Shown: positions 26,002 to 35,166 of the stretch, in pieces | How the letters are laid out: the number at the start of each line of letters is the position of its first letter | Numbering within the stretch: the stretch's first letter is position 1 | Assembly: GCA_036821485.1 (NCBI GenBank) | Contig: DAISJM010000001.1 | Coordinates: 72,320 to 136,319 of the forward strand | From: Verrucomicrobiota bacterium | Lineage (GTDB): Bacteria; Verrucomicrobiota; Kiritimatiellia; CAIQIC01; JAGNIJ01 | Reading direction: 5' to 3' | DNA length: 64,000 nucleotides | Made by a program: the position numbers and the translations under genes | The notes under the pieces: generated by a model | Seen by the model: only the letters and a program-made list of their open reading frames with translations | Told to the model about the DNA's origin: nothing | The model's database searches: none

Positions 26002-28365
26002 ATGAGTGTTGCCTTCGGACCCCGCCGCGCTGTAATGATCAACATCGCCGACGAACTCAAGAATGGCCCTGCTCCTGTTTCAGAGGCGGATCTCAAATCA
26101 TTCGAATTCCTCGACTTGGTGTATCGCTGCATGGTGGCGGTGCTCTACAACTACGTCCCGGGCTCCGGTCATCCCGGTGGATCGATTTCCTCCGGCCGTT
26201 TCGTCGAAGGCATTCTCTATGACGCAATGGATTACGATTTCTCGGACCCGGATGCAGCGGGCGCGGACATGATTTCCTACGCCGCGGGCCACAAGGCCTT
26301 GGGGTTGTACGCGATGTGGGCGTTGCGCAACGAGGTGATGCGGATCGCGCGGCCCGACCTGTTGCCCAAGCGCGCCGAGCTTCAGTTCCGGCTCGAGGAC
26401 CTGCTTGGCTTCCGGCGCAACCCGACGAACGACACGCCGCTGTTCAAGCAGTTCAAGGCCCGCGCGCTGGACGGACATCCGACGCCCGCGACGCCGTTCA
26501 TTCGTCTTTCCACCGGCGCATCCGGCGTGGGCGTGGCCGCTTCCTTCGGCCTTGCACTGGGCGCAAGGGACATCTATCGCGCGGATTCGCCGCGCGTGCA
26601 CATTGTCGAAGGCGAGGGCGGGATGACGCCTGGCCGCGTGGCCGAGGCCTTTGCCGCCGCCAGCTCGACGCGCCTTGGCAACATCATCATGCACATCGAC
26701 TGGAACCAGGCGTCGATCGACAGCAACCGGGTATGCCGCGACGGCAATCAGCCCGGCGACTACGTCCAGTGGGATCCGGCCGAATTCGCCTACCTGCATG
26801 ACTGGAATGCGATTCTCGTGCCGGACGGCAAAGATTTCCGCCAGGTGTTTGCGGCGCAGCACCGCGCGCGGGCGCTGGACAACGGGCAGCCGACGGCGAT
26901 TGTCTATCGCACGGTCAAGGGTTGGCAGTATGGCATCGAAGGCCGTGCGTCGCACGGCGCAGGCCACAAGCTCTGCTCGGCGGGCTACATGTCCGCTGTG
27001 ATGCCGCTTACCGTTGAGGCACAGACGCGCCTGCCGCAGTGCCAGAGCGATATGCGCTGTGGCGGCACCGACCGCAATATTATCGAGCAGTGTTACTGGG
27101 ACGCGCTGTTGGTGGTGCGCGAGTCGTTGACGAAGCACCGCGATCGTATCGCGCCGTTGGCCGAACGGATTGCAGCATCACGCGAGCGCCTGCAGAAGCG
27201 CGGCCGGAAGCCGCACGCCGGCGCGCCGAAGATTTCTGCGATCTACGACCGGAAGCAGGTGGACCCGAAACAGGTGCCTGCGGGCTTGGTACTGAAATCC
27301 GGTTCCTCGACGACGCTGCGCGCGGCGCTTGGCGATGTGCTGGGCCATCTCAACAAGCTCAGTGGCGGGGCCATCCTGACTGCGTCTGCCGACCTGCTGG
27401 GTTCCACATCGGCGTCGAACGCTGCCAAGGGATTCCCGGAAGGCTTCTTGCAGTACGATGCGAACCCGGACGCGCGATTAGTCGCGACAGGGGGCATCTG
27501 CGAGGACGCCATGGCCGGCATTCTGTCGGGTCTTTCCACCTATGGTTTCCATGTCGGCGCAGGTTCGTCGTACGGCGCATTCGTTGCGCCGCTCGGGCAC
27601 ATTGCCGCGCGGTTGCACGGCATTGGCAACCAGGCGCGGCAGGCTCTGGTCCCGGACGATCCGTTCAAGCCGTTCATTCTGATCTGCGCACATGCCGGAT
27701 TGAAAACGGGCGAGGATGGCCCGACGCATGCCGATCCGCAGCCGCTGCAACTGCTGCAGGAGAATTTCCCGAAGGGCGTGATGATCACGCTTACGCCGTG
27801 GGACCCGCAGGAGATGTGGCCGCTGGTGATCACGGCGCTGCAGAAGCGGCCGGCCGTGATCGCGCCCTTTGTCACGCGGCCGAATGAGAACGTGCTGGAT
27901 CGTGCGGCGCTGAAACTGTGCCCGGCGGGCGACACTGTCACCGGCCTGTACGCTTTGCGGAAAGCGGATCCGGCCCGCCGCCGTGACGGCACGATCGTGC
28001 TGCAGGAGAGCGCGGTGGCCTATGCCTTTGTCGAGGAAGCGTTGCCGCTGATCGACAAGGCGGGCCTCAACCTGAATGTATTCTACGTTTCGTCGGCGGA
28101 GTTGTTTGATCTCCTGCCCGACGCCGAGCGCGAGAAGATATTCCCCGAGGAACTTGCGCAGGAAGCGATGGGCATCACCGGGTTCACATTGCCGACGATG
28201 CACCGCTGGGTGCGGTCGGCGCGCGGATTGGCGCACACGCTGCATCCGTTCATGCGGGGTCACTTCCTGGGCAGCGGTGCGGGAGCGGCCGTGCTGGCCG
28301 AGGCGCATCTCGACGGTGCAAGCCAGTTCAAGGCGATCGAGAAGTACATCAAAGCGCGCGGATAG
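26002..28365 (+). CDS. Transketolase-family TPP-dependent enzyme (atypically long, ~788 aa)
   Basis: ATG at 26002 after a GAGGAGAG RBS. VPGSGHPGGSISSG is the TK TPP motif. The Pyr and C-terminal domains are present but interrupted by inserts. Confidence 0.65.
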   Translation: MSVAFGPRRAVMINIADELKNGPAPVSEADLKSFEFLDLVYRCMVAVLYNYVPGSGHPGGSISSGRFVEGILYDAMDYDFSDPDAAGADMISYAAGHKALGLYAMWALRNEVMRIARPDLLPKRAELQFRLEDLLGFRRNPTNDTPLFKQFKARALDGHPTPATPFIRLSTGASGVGVAASFGLALGARDIYRADSPRVHIVEGEGGMTPGRVAEAFAAASSTRLGNIIMHIDWNQASIDSNRVCRDGNQPGDYVQWDPAEFAYLHDWNAILVPDGKDFRQVFAAQHRARALDNGQPTAIVYRTVKGWQYGIEGRASHGAGHKLCSAGYMSAVMPLTVEAQTRLPQCQSDMRCGGTDRNIIEQCYWDALLVVRESLTKHRDRIAPLAERIAASRERLQKRGRKPHAGAPKISAIYDRKQVDPKQVPAGLVLKSGSSTTLRAALGDVLGHLNKLSGGAILTASADLLGSTSASNAAKGFPEGFLQYDANPDARLVATGGICEDAMAGILSGLSTYGFHVGAGSSYGAFVAPLGHIAARLHGIGNQARQALVPDDPFKPFILICAHAGLKTGEDGPTHADPQPLQLLQENFPKGVMITLTPWDPQEMWPLVITALQKRPAVIAPFVTRPNENVLDRAALKLCPAGDTVTGLYALRKADPARRRDGTIVLQESAVAYAFVEEALPLIDKAGLNLNVFYVSSAELFDLLPDAEREKIFPEELAQEAMGITGFTLPTMHRWVRSARGLAHTLHPFMRGHFLGSGAGAAVLAEAHLDGASQFKAIEKYIKARG

Positions 28366-28368
28366 AGG

Positions 28369-28632
28369 GTGTCGGGAGCAAGGGCAAGAGCGAGAGCATG
28401 TGCCTTCGGCAGTCGTCTTGCCCCTTGCTTGAAAGGATTCCTTTTCCGTCCCACTCTCTCCCTGTCTTCATTGCAAGTCCCCCTCCTCTCTCTTTTCTTG
28501 CACGTAGAGCAGAGACTTCATGCGCATATGCGCATGAAGTCATATGCGTTGCGAGGGTTGAGGCCTCTGTGAGTCGCGAAAGATGAAATATTCGTGAGTC
28601 GTGAGGGATGAGATCTTCAGCACGGGCGGCGC
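28369..28632. mobile_element. Low-GC (~48%) insert immediately after the transketolase-like stop, containing a 24-bp perfect palindrome
   Basis: The palindrome is CTTCATGCGCATATGCGCATGAAG at 28516-28539. A hairpin AGGGCAAGA...TCTTGCCC and a direct repeat GTGAGTCG x2 are also present. Composition is unlike the flanks. Confidence 0.5.
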
Positions 28633-28721
28633 CAGCCAGTTCGCAGCGATCGAGAAGTACATCAAGGCGCGCGGCTGAAGCCGCGCGCGGTCTTCCGCGT
28701 AAACGCGGAACTCGGGCGGTC
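28633..28721. repeat. Divergent duplicate of the last ~15 codons of the transketolase-like gene, fused to REP copy 1 (double hairpin)
   Basis: 28633-28678 encodes ASQFAAIEKYIKARG*; the gene ends ASQFKAIEKYIKARG*. The hairpins are GCGCGCGGC-TGAA-GCCGCGCGC and TTCCGCG-TAAA-CGCGGAA. Confidence 0.75.
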
Positions 28722-28771
28722 GGAGTCCCGCCTTTAGGCGGAAGCGTTTGGCCACGCTTCAGCGTGGCGAC

Positions 28772-29404
28772 TCACAGGTCAGGCTCGTCCCATCCGTGCC
28801 CCATTTCAAGAACTGGGTATTTCTTCCATGTGCGCTCAGCATAGTCCCTTCCGACCCGATCCAGATATGGGGCTGCACTGGAAAACGGCCAATCGGTCCA
28901 GCGAGCGGCATACCCGTGGCGGACGGCATTGTGGTGAATGTAGTTGAGGGTGGCCCAGCGGTGATCGACAGACCGGACAGGCTTCAGCAGGCAGGCATGC
29001 CAGCATTTGCGACCCGCTGCGTTGTCCTCGACGTTCCATGTGTGAGAAGTGCGCCCATGAAGTTGTCCAAGGGCTTTGCGCAGCCGGGTCACATCAATGC
29101 ATTGGACCAGTGCATGGTAGTGGTTGGGCAGAATACACCATGCCATGGTGACGAGGGTTTCCGCTCTCAGAAACGCATCCAAATCGTTGGAGAAGGATGA
29201 GAGTCGTTGTGGGGTTGATCCGAGCAGCATGGCGTGCTCGTAGCAGGATGCGGCCAGATGAAACCAATTTGTCTCCAGTCCGTGCGGCGGTCGGTGCCAA
29301 GGCTGCTTTGATATCTGGCGCAGCCTGAGAACATCGGCTCGCTGGGCGGGTGTCATCTTGCGCCAGTTGTACATGTGTTTATCCCCGGGTCTAAGGGGGC
29401 GCAT
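28772..29404 (-). CDS. REP-associated tyrosine transposase (RAYT, IS200/IS605-like HUH Y1 transposase)
   Basis: The HUH motif is ILPNHYHALV, and the Tyr motif NYIHHNAVRHGYA matches the RAYT Y(I/V)HxNPVKHG signature. The ORF is flanked by REP copies at 28667-28721 and 29443-29496. The start may be an internal Met (M11 or M17). Confidence 0.7.
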   Translation of the reverse strand: MRPLRPGDKHMYNWRKMTPAQRADVLRLRQISKQPWHRPPHGLETNWFHLAASCYEHAMLLGSTPQRLSSFSNDLDAFLRAETLVTMAWCILPNHYHALVQCIDVTRLRKALGQLHGRTSHTWNVEDNAAGRKCWHACLLKPVRSVDHRWATLNYIHHNAVRHGYAARWTDWPFSSAAPYLDRVGRDYAERTWKKYPVLEMGHGWDEPDL

Positions 29405-29442
29405 GATGTCTCAAACTGTGTCTGCAGCGAAGTCTTTTTTTG

Positions 29443-29496
29443 CGCGCGGCTGAAGCCGCGCGCGGACTTCCGCGTAAACGCGGAACTCGGGCGTCA
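29443..29496. repeat. REP copy 2 (same double hairpin, same orientation as copy 1)
   Basis: GCGCGCGGCTGAAGCCGCGCGCGGACTTCCGCGTAAACGCGGAACTCGGGCG, 50/52 identical to 28667-28718. It abuts the stop of the serine dehydratase gene and follows a T9 run. Confidence 0.8.
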
Positions 29497-30768
29497 GCAC
29501 TGCGCGGCGCCGGTCGGATCTGGCGGTACGGCGGGGGCTTCCTTGCCGGCGCGTTTTCGCCAGAGTTGTGCGAGCCCGCCGAGCGCTGTTTCGCGGTAAG
29601 CTGCCTGCAGGTCGTGGCCGGTTCGGTACATGACCTCGACCACATCATCAAAGCTCACCAGGTGTTTCCCGTCGGTCAGCGTTGCGAACATGGCGCATTC
29701 GAACGCGCGCAGGCAGGCGGTCATGTTGCGTTCGATGCAGGGAATCTGGACGTAGCCCTCCACCGGATCGCACGTGAGGCCGAGGTGATGCTCCATGCCG
29801 ATCTCAGCCGCGTACTCGATCTGCCGGATATTTCCACCCAGGATTTGTGCGCCCGCGGCGGCGGCCATGGACGACGCTGAGCCGATCTCGCCCTGGCAGC
29901 CGACCTCGGCGCCGGAGATCGATGCATTGGCTCGGATCACCGCGCCGAACAACCCCGCCGTGGCCAGCGCCTTGAGGATTGTATCGGTCGGCACCTTCTT
30001 GATCGTTTCGTAATAGTAGAGCAAGCCGGGCACAACGCCCGCGGCGCCGCAGGAGGGGGCGGTGACAATCTGGCCGCCAGCGGCGTTTTCCTCCGCGACA
30101 GCGAGAGCGAAGGCGGAAAGATAGGTCAGCCCGCGATGTGGCGTATCAAGTTCCGCAGCCTTTTCGTAGATGCTTCGGGCGCGGCGTCGCAGCTTGAGAG
30201 AGCCGGGAAGAAACTCTTCCCTGCTTTCGATGCCGCGGACGACGCAGCGCTTCATGGCGTCCCAAATGGGGGTGAGGCGTTGCCAGATGTCTTCTTCCTG
30301 CCGTTCGAGATACTGCCAGAAATTGAGGCCGCGATCTTCGCAGAAGGAGAGGGTGCTGGAGATGGTGCGCGCCGGGTAGCGTTTCACTTCCTTGTCGCCG
30401 GTCAGTCCGTTGGCGTCAACGAGATTGCCGCCGCCGATGCTGAAGACGGTCCACTCTTTCAGGAGTTGGCCTTTGCGATCCAGCGCTTCGAAGCGCAGGG
30501 TGTTGGGATGACTCAGGGCCGTGGTCGTCGTATCCCAGACGAACTCGTGAGGAATAGAGCCGAGCGCCTCGCTGATACTTTTGTCGGTGAGATGGCCCCT
30601 GCCGGTGGCGGCAAGGCTGCCGAAGAGCGTGATACGAATACGGGCGGGCGGCTGTTCCATCATCTTCAGAAACCACTTCGCCGCGCGTTGCGGCCCCATG
30701 CTGTGGGAGCTCGATGGTCCGCTGCCGATTTTGAATATCTCGAAGATGGAACCGACGTAAGGCTGCAT
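29494..30768 (-). CDS. sdaA: L-serine dehydratase, iron-sulfur-dependent, single chain
   Basis: 424 aa. The N-terminus MQPYVGSIFEIFKIGSGPSSSHSMGP is the classic L-serine ammonia-lyase signature; alpha and beta regions follow. Confidence 0.85.
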   Translation of the reverse strand: MQPYVGSIFEIFKIGSGPSSSHSMGPQRAAKWFLKMMEQPPARIRITLFGSLAATGRGHLTDKSISEALGSIPHEFVWDTTTTALSHPNTLRFEALDRKGQLLKEWTVFSIGGGNLVDANGLTGDKEVKRYPARTISSTLSFCEDRGLNFWQYLERQEEDIWQRLTPIWDAMKRCVVRGIESREEFLPGSLKLRRRARSIYEKAAELDTPHRGLTYLSAFALAVAEENAAGGQIVTAPSCGAAGVVPGLLYYYETIKKVPTDTILKALATAGLFGAVIRANASISGAEVGCQGEIGSASSMAAAAGAQILGGNIRQIEYAAEIGMEHHLGLTCDPVEGYVQIPCIERNMTACLRAFECAMFATLTDGKHLVSFDDVVEVMYRTGHDLQAAYRETALGGLAQLWRKRAGKEAPAVPPDPTGAAQC

Positions 30769-30826
30769 GGTGGGTACAGCTTACCCCGGTTTCTCTTGGC
30801 TTTCACGCATATTTGAATGGTAGGAT

Positions 30827-30903
30827 GACCGCCATGGCGGTGGGCTAAACGCCGCAGGCTTTCTTTGGTAGAATACACGCCGTTGACCATGGCGTTTCGC
30901 CGA
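30827..30903 (+). promoter_or_regulatory. Divergent control region: two CCATGG-centred palindromes and an extended -10 (TGgTAGAAT) upstream of ygeW
   Basis: ACCGCCATGGCGGT at 30827-30840, ACGCCGTTGACCATGGCGT at 30877-30895, and TGGTAGAAT at 30866-30874. RBS AAGGAG at 30904. Confidence 0.35.
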
Positions 30904-30920
30904 CAAGGAGCTACGGAGAG

Positions 30921-32132
30921 ATGAAGAAGAAACAGCCCCCCCGACCGAGCATTTCCAGCCTGATCTCAGACATTCGCAAACTCAAGGCCGACCTGTGCGG
31001 GAAAGACTTTCTGCTGACGTGGGACAAGTCCGTCCCCGAATTGAAGCTCGTGGTGCAGGTGGCGGAGGCTTTGAAACAACTGCACGCGAAGAACATTTCC
31101 GCCAAGGTCTTTGAGACGGGGCTGGCCGTTTCGAACTTCCGCGACAATTCGACCCGGACACGCTTCTCCTTTGCATCCGCCTGCAATCTGCTCGGCCTTG
31201 CGGTGCAGGATCTTGACGAAGGCAAATCGCAGATCGCCCATGGCGAAACCGTTCGCGAGACGGCGAACATGATCTCGTTCCTCACCGAGGTGATTGGTAT
31301 TCGTGACGACATGTTCCTTGGCGCGGGTCACACCTACATGCTGGAGGTCGGCGAGGCGTTGGATGATGGATTCAAGCGCGGCGTGTTGAACCAGCGTCCG
31401 GCCATTGTGAATCTGCAGTGCGACATCGATCATCCGACGCAGAGCATGGCGGACTTGATGTGGCTGCGCGAATACTTCGGCGGGATCGAGAATCTGAAGG
31501 GCAAGAAGATTGCCATGACGTGGGCCTACTCGCCGAGCTACGGCAAGCCGCTCTCCGTGCCGCAGGGCATCATCGGTTTGATGACGCGATTTGGCATGCA
31601 TGTCTCGCTCGCGCATCCGGAGGGATACGACCTGATTCCGGATGTGATCGAGGTGGCGAAGAAGAACGCGAAGGCGGCGGGCGGCAGTTTCACGCAGGGG
31701 ACATCGATGGAGGCCGCGTTCAAGGATGCGGACATCGTGTATCCCAAGTCGTGGGCGCCCTACAAGGTCATGGGGACGCGGACAGAACTCCTGCGCGCGA
31801 ATGATCGCGACGGTCTGAAGGAGTTGGAGAAGAAGTGCCTTGCGCAGAACGCCAACTTCAAGAACTGGGAGTGCACGGAACAGAAGATGAAGCTGACGAA
31901 GGGCGGCAAGGCGCTCTACATGCACTGCCTGCCTGCGGACATTTCCGGTGTCTCCTGCAAGGAAGGCGAAGTGGCCGATTCCGTGTTCGAACGGTACCGC
32001 ATCGAGACGTACAAGGAAGCCGGCTACAAACCGTTTGTCATTGCGGCGATGATTCTGACGAGTCGATTCAAGGATCCTGCAGCCATCATTTCCGGCCTTG
32101 CCAGGCAAGGCAACAAGCGGATTGCCGGGTGA
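30921..32132 (+). CDS. ygeW: Knotted carbamoyltransferase YgeW
   Basis: 403 aa, near-collinear with E. coli YgeW from memory: FRDNSTRTRFSFASA, DEGKSQIAHGETVRETANMISF, CDIDHPTQSMADLMWL and ALYMHCLPADISGVSCKEGEV. Confidence 0.9.
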   Translation: MKKKQPPRPSISSLISDIRKLKADLCGKDFLLTWDKSVPELKLVVQVAEALKQLHAKNISAKVFETGLAVSNFRDNSTRTRFSFASACNLLGLAVQDLDEGKSQIAHGETVRETANMISFLTEVIGIRDDMFLGAGHTYMLEVGEALDDGFKRGVLNQRPAIVNLQCDIDHPTQSMADLMWLREYFGGIENLKGKKIAMTWAYSPSYGKPLSVPQGIIGLMTRFGMHVSLAHPEGYDLIPDVIEVAKKNAKAAGGSFTQGTSMEAAFKDADIVYPKSWAPYKVMGTRTELLRANDRDGLKELEKKCLAQNANFKNWECTEQKMKLTKGGKALYMHCLPADISGVSCKEGEVADSVFERYRIETYKEAGYKPFVIAAMILTSRFKDPAAIISGLARQGNKRIAG

Positions 32133-32242
32133 ATGTCCAATGACCAATGCCCGAATGACCAGTGAAGGCGCAGCAGACGGGAGTCTTCTATTATTGGGCC
32201 TTGGTGCTTGGTCAATGGTCATTGCTCAGGAGGGTCCATTGC

Positions 32243-33190
32243 ATGAGTAAGCCTCCTCTTGTCGTGATTGCCATCGGCGGCAACTCACTGATCAAGGATG
32301 CCAAGCACATGACGGTGCTGGACCAGTACCGGGCTGCGGGTGAGACGAGTCATCACATCGCCGCGTTGGTGAAGGAAGGCTACCGCATCGTGGTCACGCA
32401 CGGCAACGGTCCGCAGGTCGGATTCATTCTCATGCGGTCGGAGATCGCAAAGACCCAACTGCACCAAGTGCCCCTGGAGAGTTGCGTGGCCGATACACAG
32501 GGCGCGATTGGTTACCAGGTTGAGCAGACGTTGATGAATGAGTTGCGGCGCCAGAATCTCAAGAAAGAGATTGTTGCCGTGGTTACACAGGTCGTGGTTG
32601 ACGCGCAGGATCCGGCGTTCACACATCCCACCAAGCCGATCGGCCCGTTCTTCTCGGAAGAAGATGCAAAGCACCACCAAGAGAAGGACAAGTGGGCGGT
32701 GAAGGAGGATGCGGGCCGGGGTTGGCGTCGCGTGGTGCCCTCGCCGAAGCCGCTTGAGATTGTCGAAGAGCAGACAATTCGCACGCTCCTCGAAAACGAC
32801 ATCCTGGTCATCGCTGTGGGGGGCGGCGGCATCCCGGTGATTCGTCGGAAGAACGGCAATCTGCAGGGTTGCGCCGCGGTGATCGACAAGGATGCCGCGT
32901 CGAGTCTGCTCGCCCAGCATCTGGCCGCTGACCTGTTTGTGATTTCGACGGGCGTGGACAAGGTGGCCATCAATTTCGGCAAGCCCGATCAGAAGTTTCT
33001 CGACCGGATGACTGTGGCCGATGCTGAACTTTACATGAAGCAAGGGCAGTTTCCGGCAGGCAGCATGGGGCCGAAGATCGAGGCGGCCATTTCGTTCCTC
33101 CGGAACGGCGGCAAGAAGGTGCTGATCACCCAGCCGCACCTGTTGGAAGATGCCATGCACGGCAAGACGGGGACTGTCATTGTTCCGTAG
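32243..33190 (+). CDS. arcC: Carbamate kinase
   Basis: Start at MSKPPLVVIAIGGNSL (RBS AGGAGGG). VVTHGNGPQVG, the C-terminal GGGGIPV and the MGPKIEAA motif are present. Confidence 0.85.
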   Translation: MSKPPLVVIAIGGNSLIKDAKHMTVLDQYRAAGETSHHIAALVKEGYRIVVTHGNGPQVGFILMRSEIAKTQLHQVPLESCVADTQGAIGYQVEQTLMNELRRQNLKKEIVAVVTQVVVDAQDPAFTHPTKPIGPFFSEEDAKHHQEKDKWAVKEDAGRGWRRVVPSPKPLEIVEEQTIRTLLENDILVIAVGGGGIPVIRRKNGNLQGCAAVIDKDAASSLLAQHLAADLFVISTGVDKVAINFGKPDQKFLDRMTVADAELYMKQGQFPAGSMGPKIEAAISFLRNGGKKVLITQPHLLEDAMHGKTGTVIVP

Positions 33191-33200
33191 AATGGGGGCT

Positions 33201-34478
33201 ATGAATTTCAAGGGCTTCAAATGTTTTTCCTGCGGCGCGGAGCAATCCGCCTCGTTTGCCGGCTATGTCTGTCCCGCCTGCGAGGGCAACATCGAAGTCA
33301 CGTACGACTACGCGGCGCTCGCGAGCGACGCGCGGGCGCTGCACAAGACGGCGGCCGGGCGGAACGATATTTTCCGTTACGCGCGATTGCTGCCGGTTAC
33401 ACGATTGGATCTCGCGTCTCCTCTGCGGGTGGGTATGACGCCGCTTTACCGGGCCGACCGCCTTGGCGCCGCCGCGGGGTTGAAGAATCTCTACCTGAAA
33501 GATGACGGTCTGAATCCGAGCGCTTCGTTCAAGGATCGGGCTGGTGCCGTCGCGCTTGTACGGGCGCGTGAGACGGGCGCCAAGGTGATTGCCGGTGCGA
33601 GCACAGGCAATGCGGGCAGTTCCATGGCATGCCTCGCGGCCAGCGTCGGCGTGCCCTGTGTCATCTTCGTTCCCGAGAAGGCCCCAGCGGCCAAGATTGC
33701 GCAGCTCCTCGTGTTTGGGGCGAAAGTACTCGCCGTGCGCGGCACCTATGATGATGCCTTCGAGCTTTGCATGAAGGTTTGTGCGGAACGCGACTGGTTC
33801 AACCGCAACACGGGTCTGAATCCTTTCACGCGCGAAGGGAAGAAGACCTGCAGTTTCGAGATCTGCGAGCAGTTGGAATGGAGCGCTCCGGATAGGGTGG
33901 TGGTGCCCACGGGCGACGGAAACATCATCAGCGGCATTTGGAAGGGGATGCGCGATCTGCATGCGGTGGGCTTGATCGATCGCCTGCCGAAAATCGATTG
34001 TGCGCAATCGGAGCGGAGTGCGGCAATCGTCGGAACGATTGCGAAACTGGAAACTGGAGATTCGAAATTGGGCGGGGTGGATTGGAGCTGCGTTGAAGTG
34101 GAGATGGTTCAGGCGACGACTATCGCGGATTCCATCTCGGTCGACGTGCCGCGCGATGGGCTGGCGGCTGTTCGTGCGGTGGTGGAGTCGGGTGGTGAAG
34201 CGGTAACTGTTTCCGACGAAGACATCCTGGCTGCAATTCCGGAACTGGCGCGTGGGGCGGGCGTGTTTGCCGAGCCGGCCGCGGCCTGTGCCTGGGCCTG
34301 CACGAAGAAGCTGGCGCGCGAGGGGAAGATCAAGCCCGACGAGCGCGTGGTGTGCCTGATCACCGGCAACGGGCTGAAGGATGTCGCCAGTGCGCGCAAA
34401 GCGGCGGGCGAGCCCGTGGTGATCGATCCGACGCCCGAGGCGGCCTCCGCGGCATTGCACCACCTCGGCGTGAAATAG
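33201..34478 (+). CDS. Threonine-synthase-family PLP enzyme with N-terminal Zn-ribbon (possible YgeX-position analog)
   Basis: N-terminal CFSCG...CPACEG ribbon. SASFKDRAGAVAL is the PLP-Lys and GNAGSSMA the glycine loop. ~425 aa. An alternative ATG lies at 33192. Confidence 0.7.
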   Translation: MNFKGFKCFSCGAEQSASFAGYVCPACEGNIEVTYDYAALASDARALHKTAAGRNDIFRYARLLPVTRLDLASPLRVGMTPLYRADRLGAAAGLKNLYLKDDGLNPSASFKDRAGAVALVRARETGAKVIAGASTGNAGSSMACLAASVGVPCVIFVPEKAPAAKIAQLLVFGAKVLAVRGTYDDAFELCMKVCAERDWFNRNTGLNPFTREGKKTCSFEICEQLEWSAPDRVVVPTGDGNIISGIWKGMRDLHAVGLIDRLPKIDCAQSERSAAIVGTIAKLETGDSKLGGVDWSCVEVEMVQATTIADSISVDVPRDGLAAVRAVVESGGEAVTVSDEDILAAIPELARGAGVFAEPAAACAWACTKKLAREGKIKPDERVVCLITGNGLKDVASARKAAGEPVVIDPTPEAASAALHHLGVK

Positions 34479-34554
34479 GATGGGTCGACAATAGAAAAGG
34501 AAAGGCCCCGCGTGAGCGGGGCCTTTCTCTTTGGGAATACAGTTTGATGACGAT

Positions 34555-35166
34555 CTAGCGGCGACGGCGGAGGGCGAGAAGCCCAAGGCCGATGATGCCG
34601 AGCAGCGAGGCCGTACCCGGTTCCGGGATCGCCACGACGTCGAACGTCACGTTGTCCAAGTAGAGAGCGCCGGCGGTGCCGCCGGAATTCTGGAAGTTGA
34701 TCTCGGCGCGTGCGCTGCTGGCGGCCGATGTCACGGTGAGCGACCACGAATTCCACGTATCGATGGTACCCGCGGACCAGGCGACCCGGTTGCTCGCGAG
34801 CTGCGCGCCACCGGCGTCCAGCCAGCGAACCTGGATATCCATGCTGCCGTCATATCCGCTGTCCCACAGCGAGTAAAACGACAGGTTGTAGGCCGTGTTG
34901 GCGGTAACGGTCGGCTTCTGTTCAATGCCATCGCCAGCTCCGAGCCAGTTCTTCATCACCAACGTCTGGCTGCCTTCCTGTGGAGTCTTCCACCCGGAAT
35001 TCACAGCCTCCACATCGCCCCAGCCGAACCAGTTCGTCGTTTCATTTTCCGGTGACCACGACGTCATGACGGGCGCCTCGAACCCGCCGTTAAGCAGCAG
35101 GCTGGCTTGAGTCGTCATTACGCCCGTCAACAGGACAACCATCACAACAAGTAACTTGCGCATCAT
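34555..35166 (-). CDS. PEP-CTERM sorting-domain protein with an N-terminal CBM-like (NGGFE) domain
   Basis: Signal peptide MMRKLLVVMVVLLTGVMTTQA. The C-terminus IPEPGTASLLGIIGLGLLALRRRR is the canonical PEP + TM + Arg cluster. RBS AAGGAG. Confidence 0.8.
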   Translation of the reverse strand: MMRKLLVVMVVLLTGVMTTQASLLLNGGFEAPVMTSWSPENETTNWFGWGDVEAVNSGWKTPQEGSQTLVMKNWLGAGDGIEQKPTVTANTAYNLSFYSLWDSGYDGSMDIQVRWLDAGGAQLASNRVAWSAGTIDTWNSWSLTVTSAASSARAEINFQNSGGTAGALYLDNVTFDVVAIPEPGTASLLGIIGLGLLALRRRR

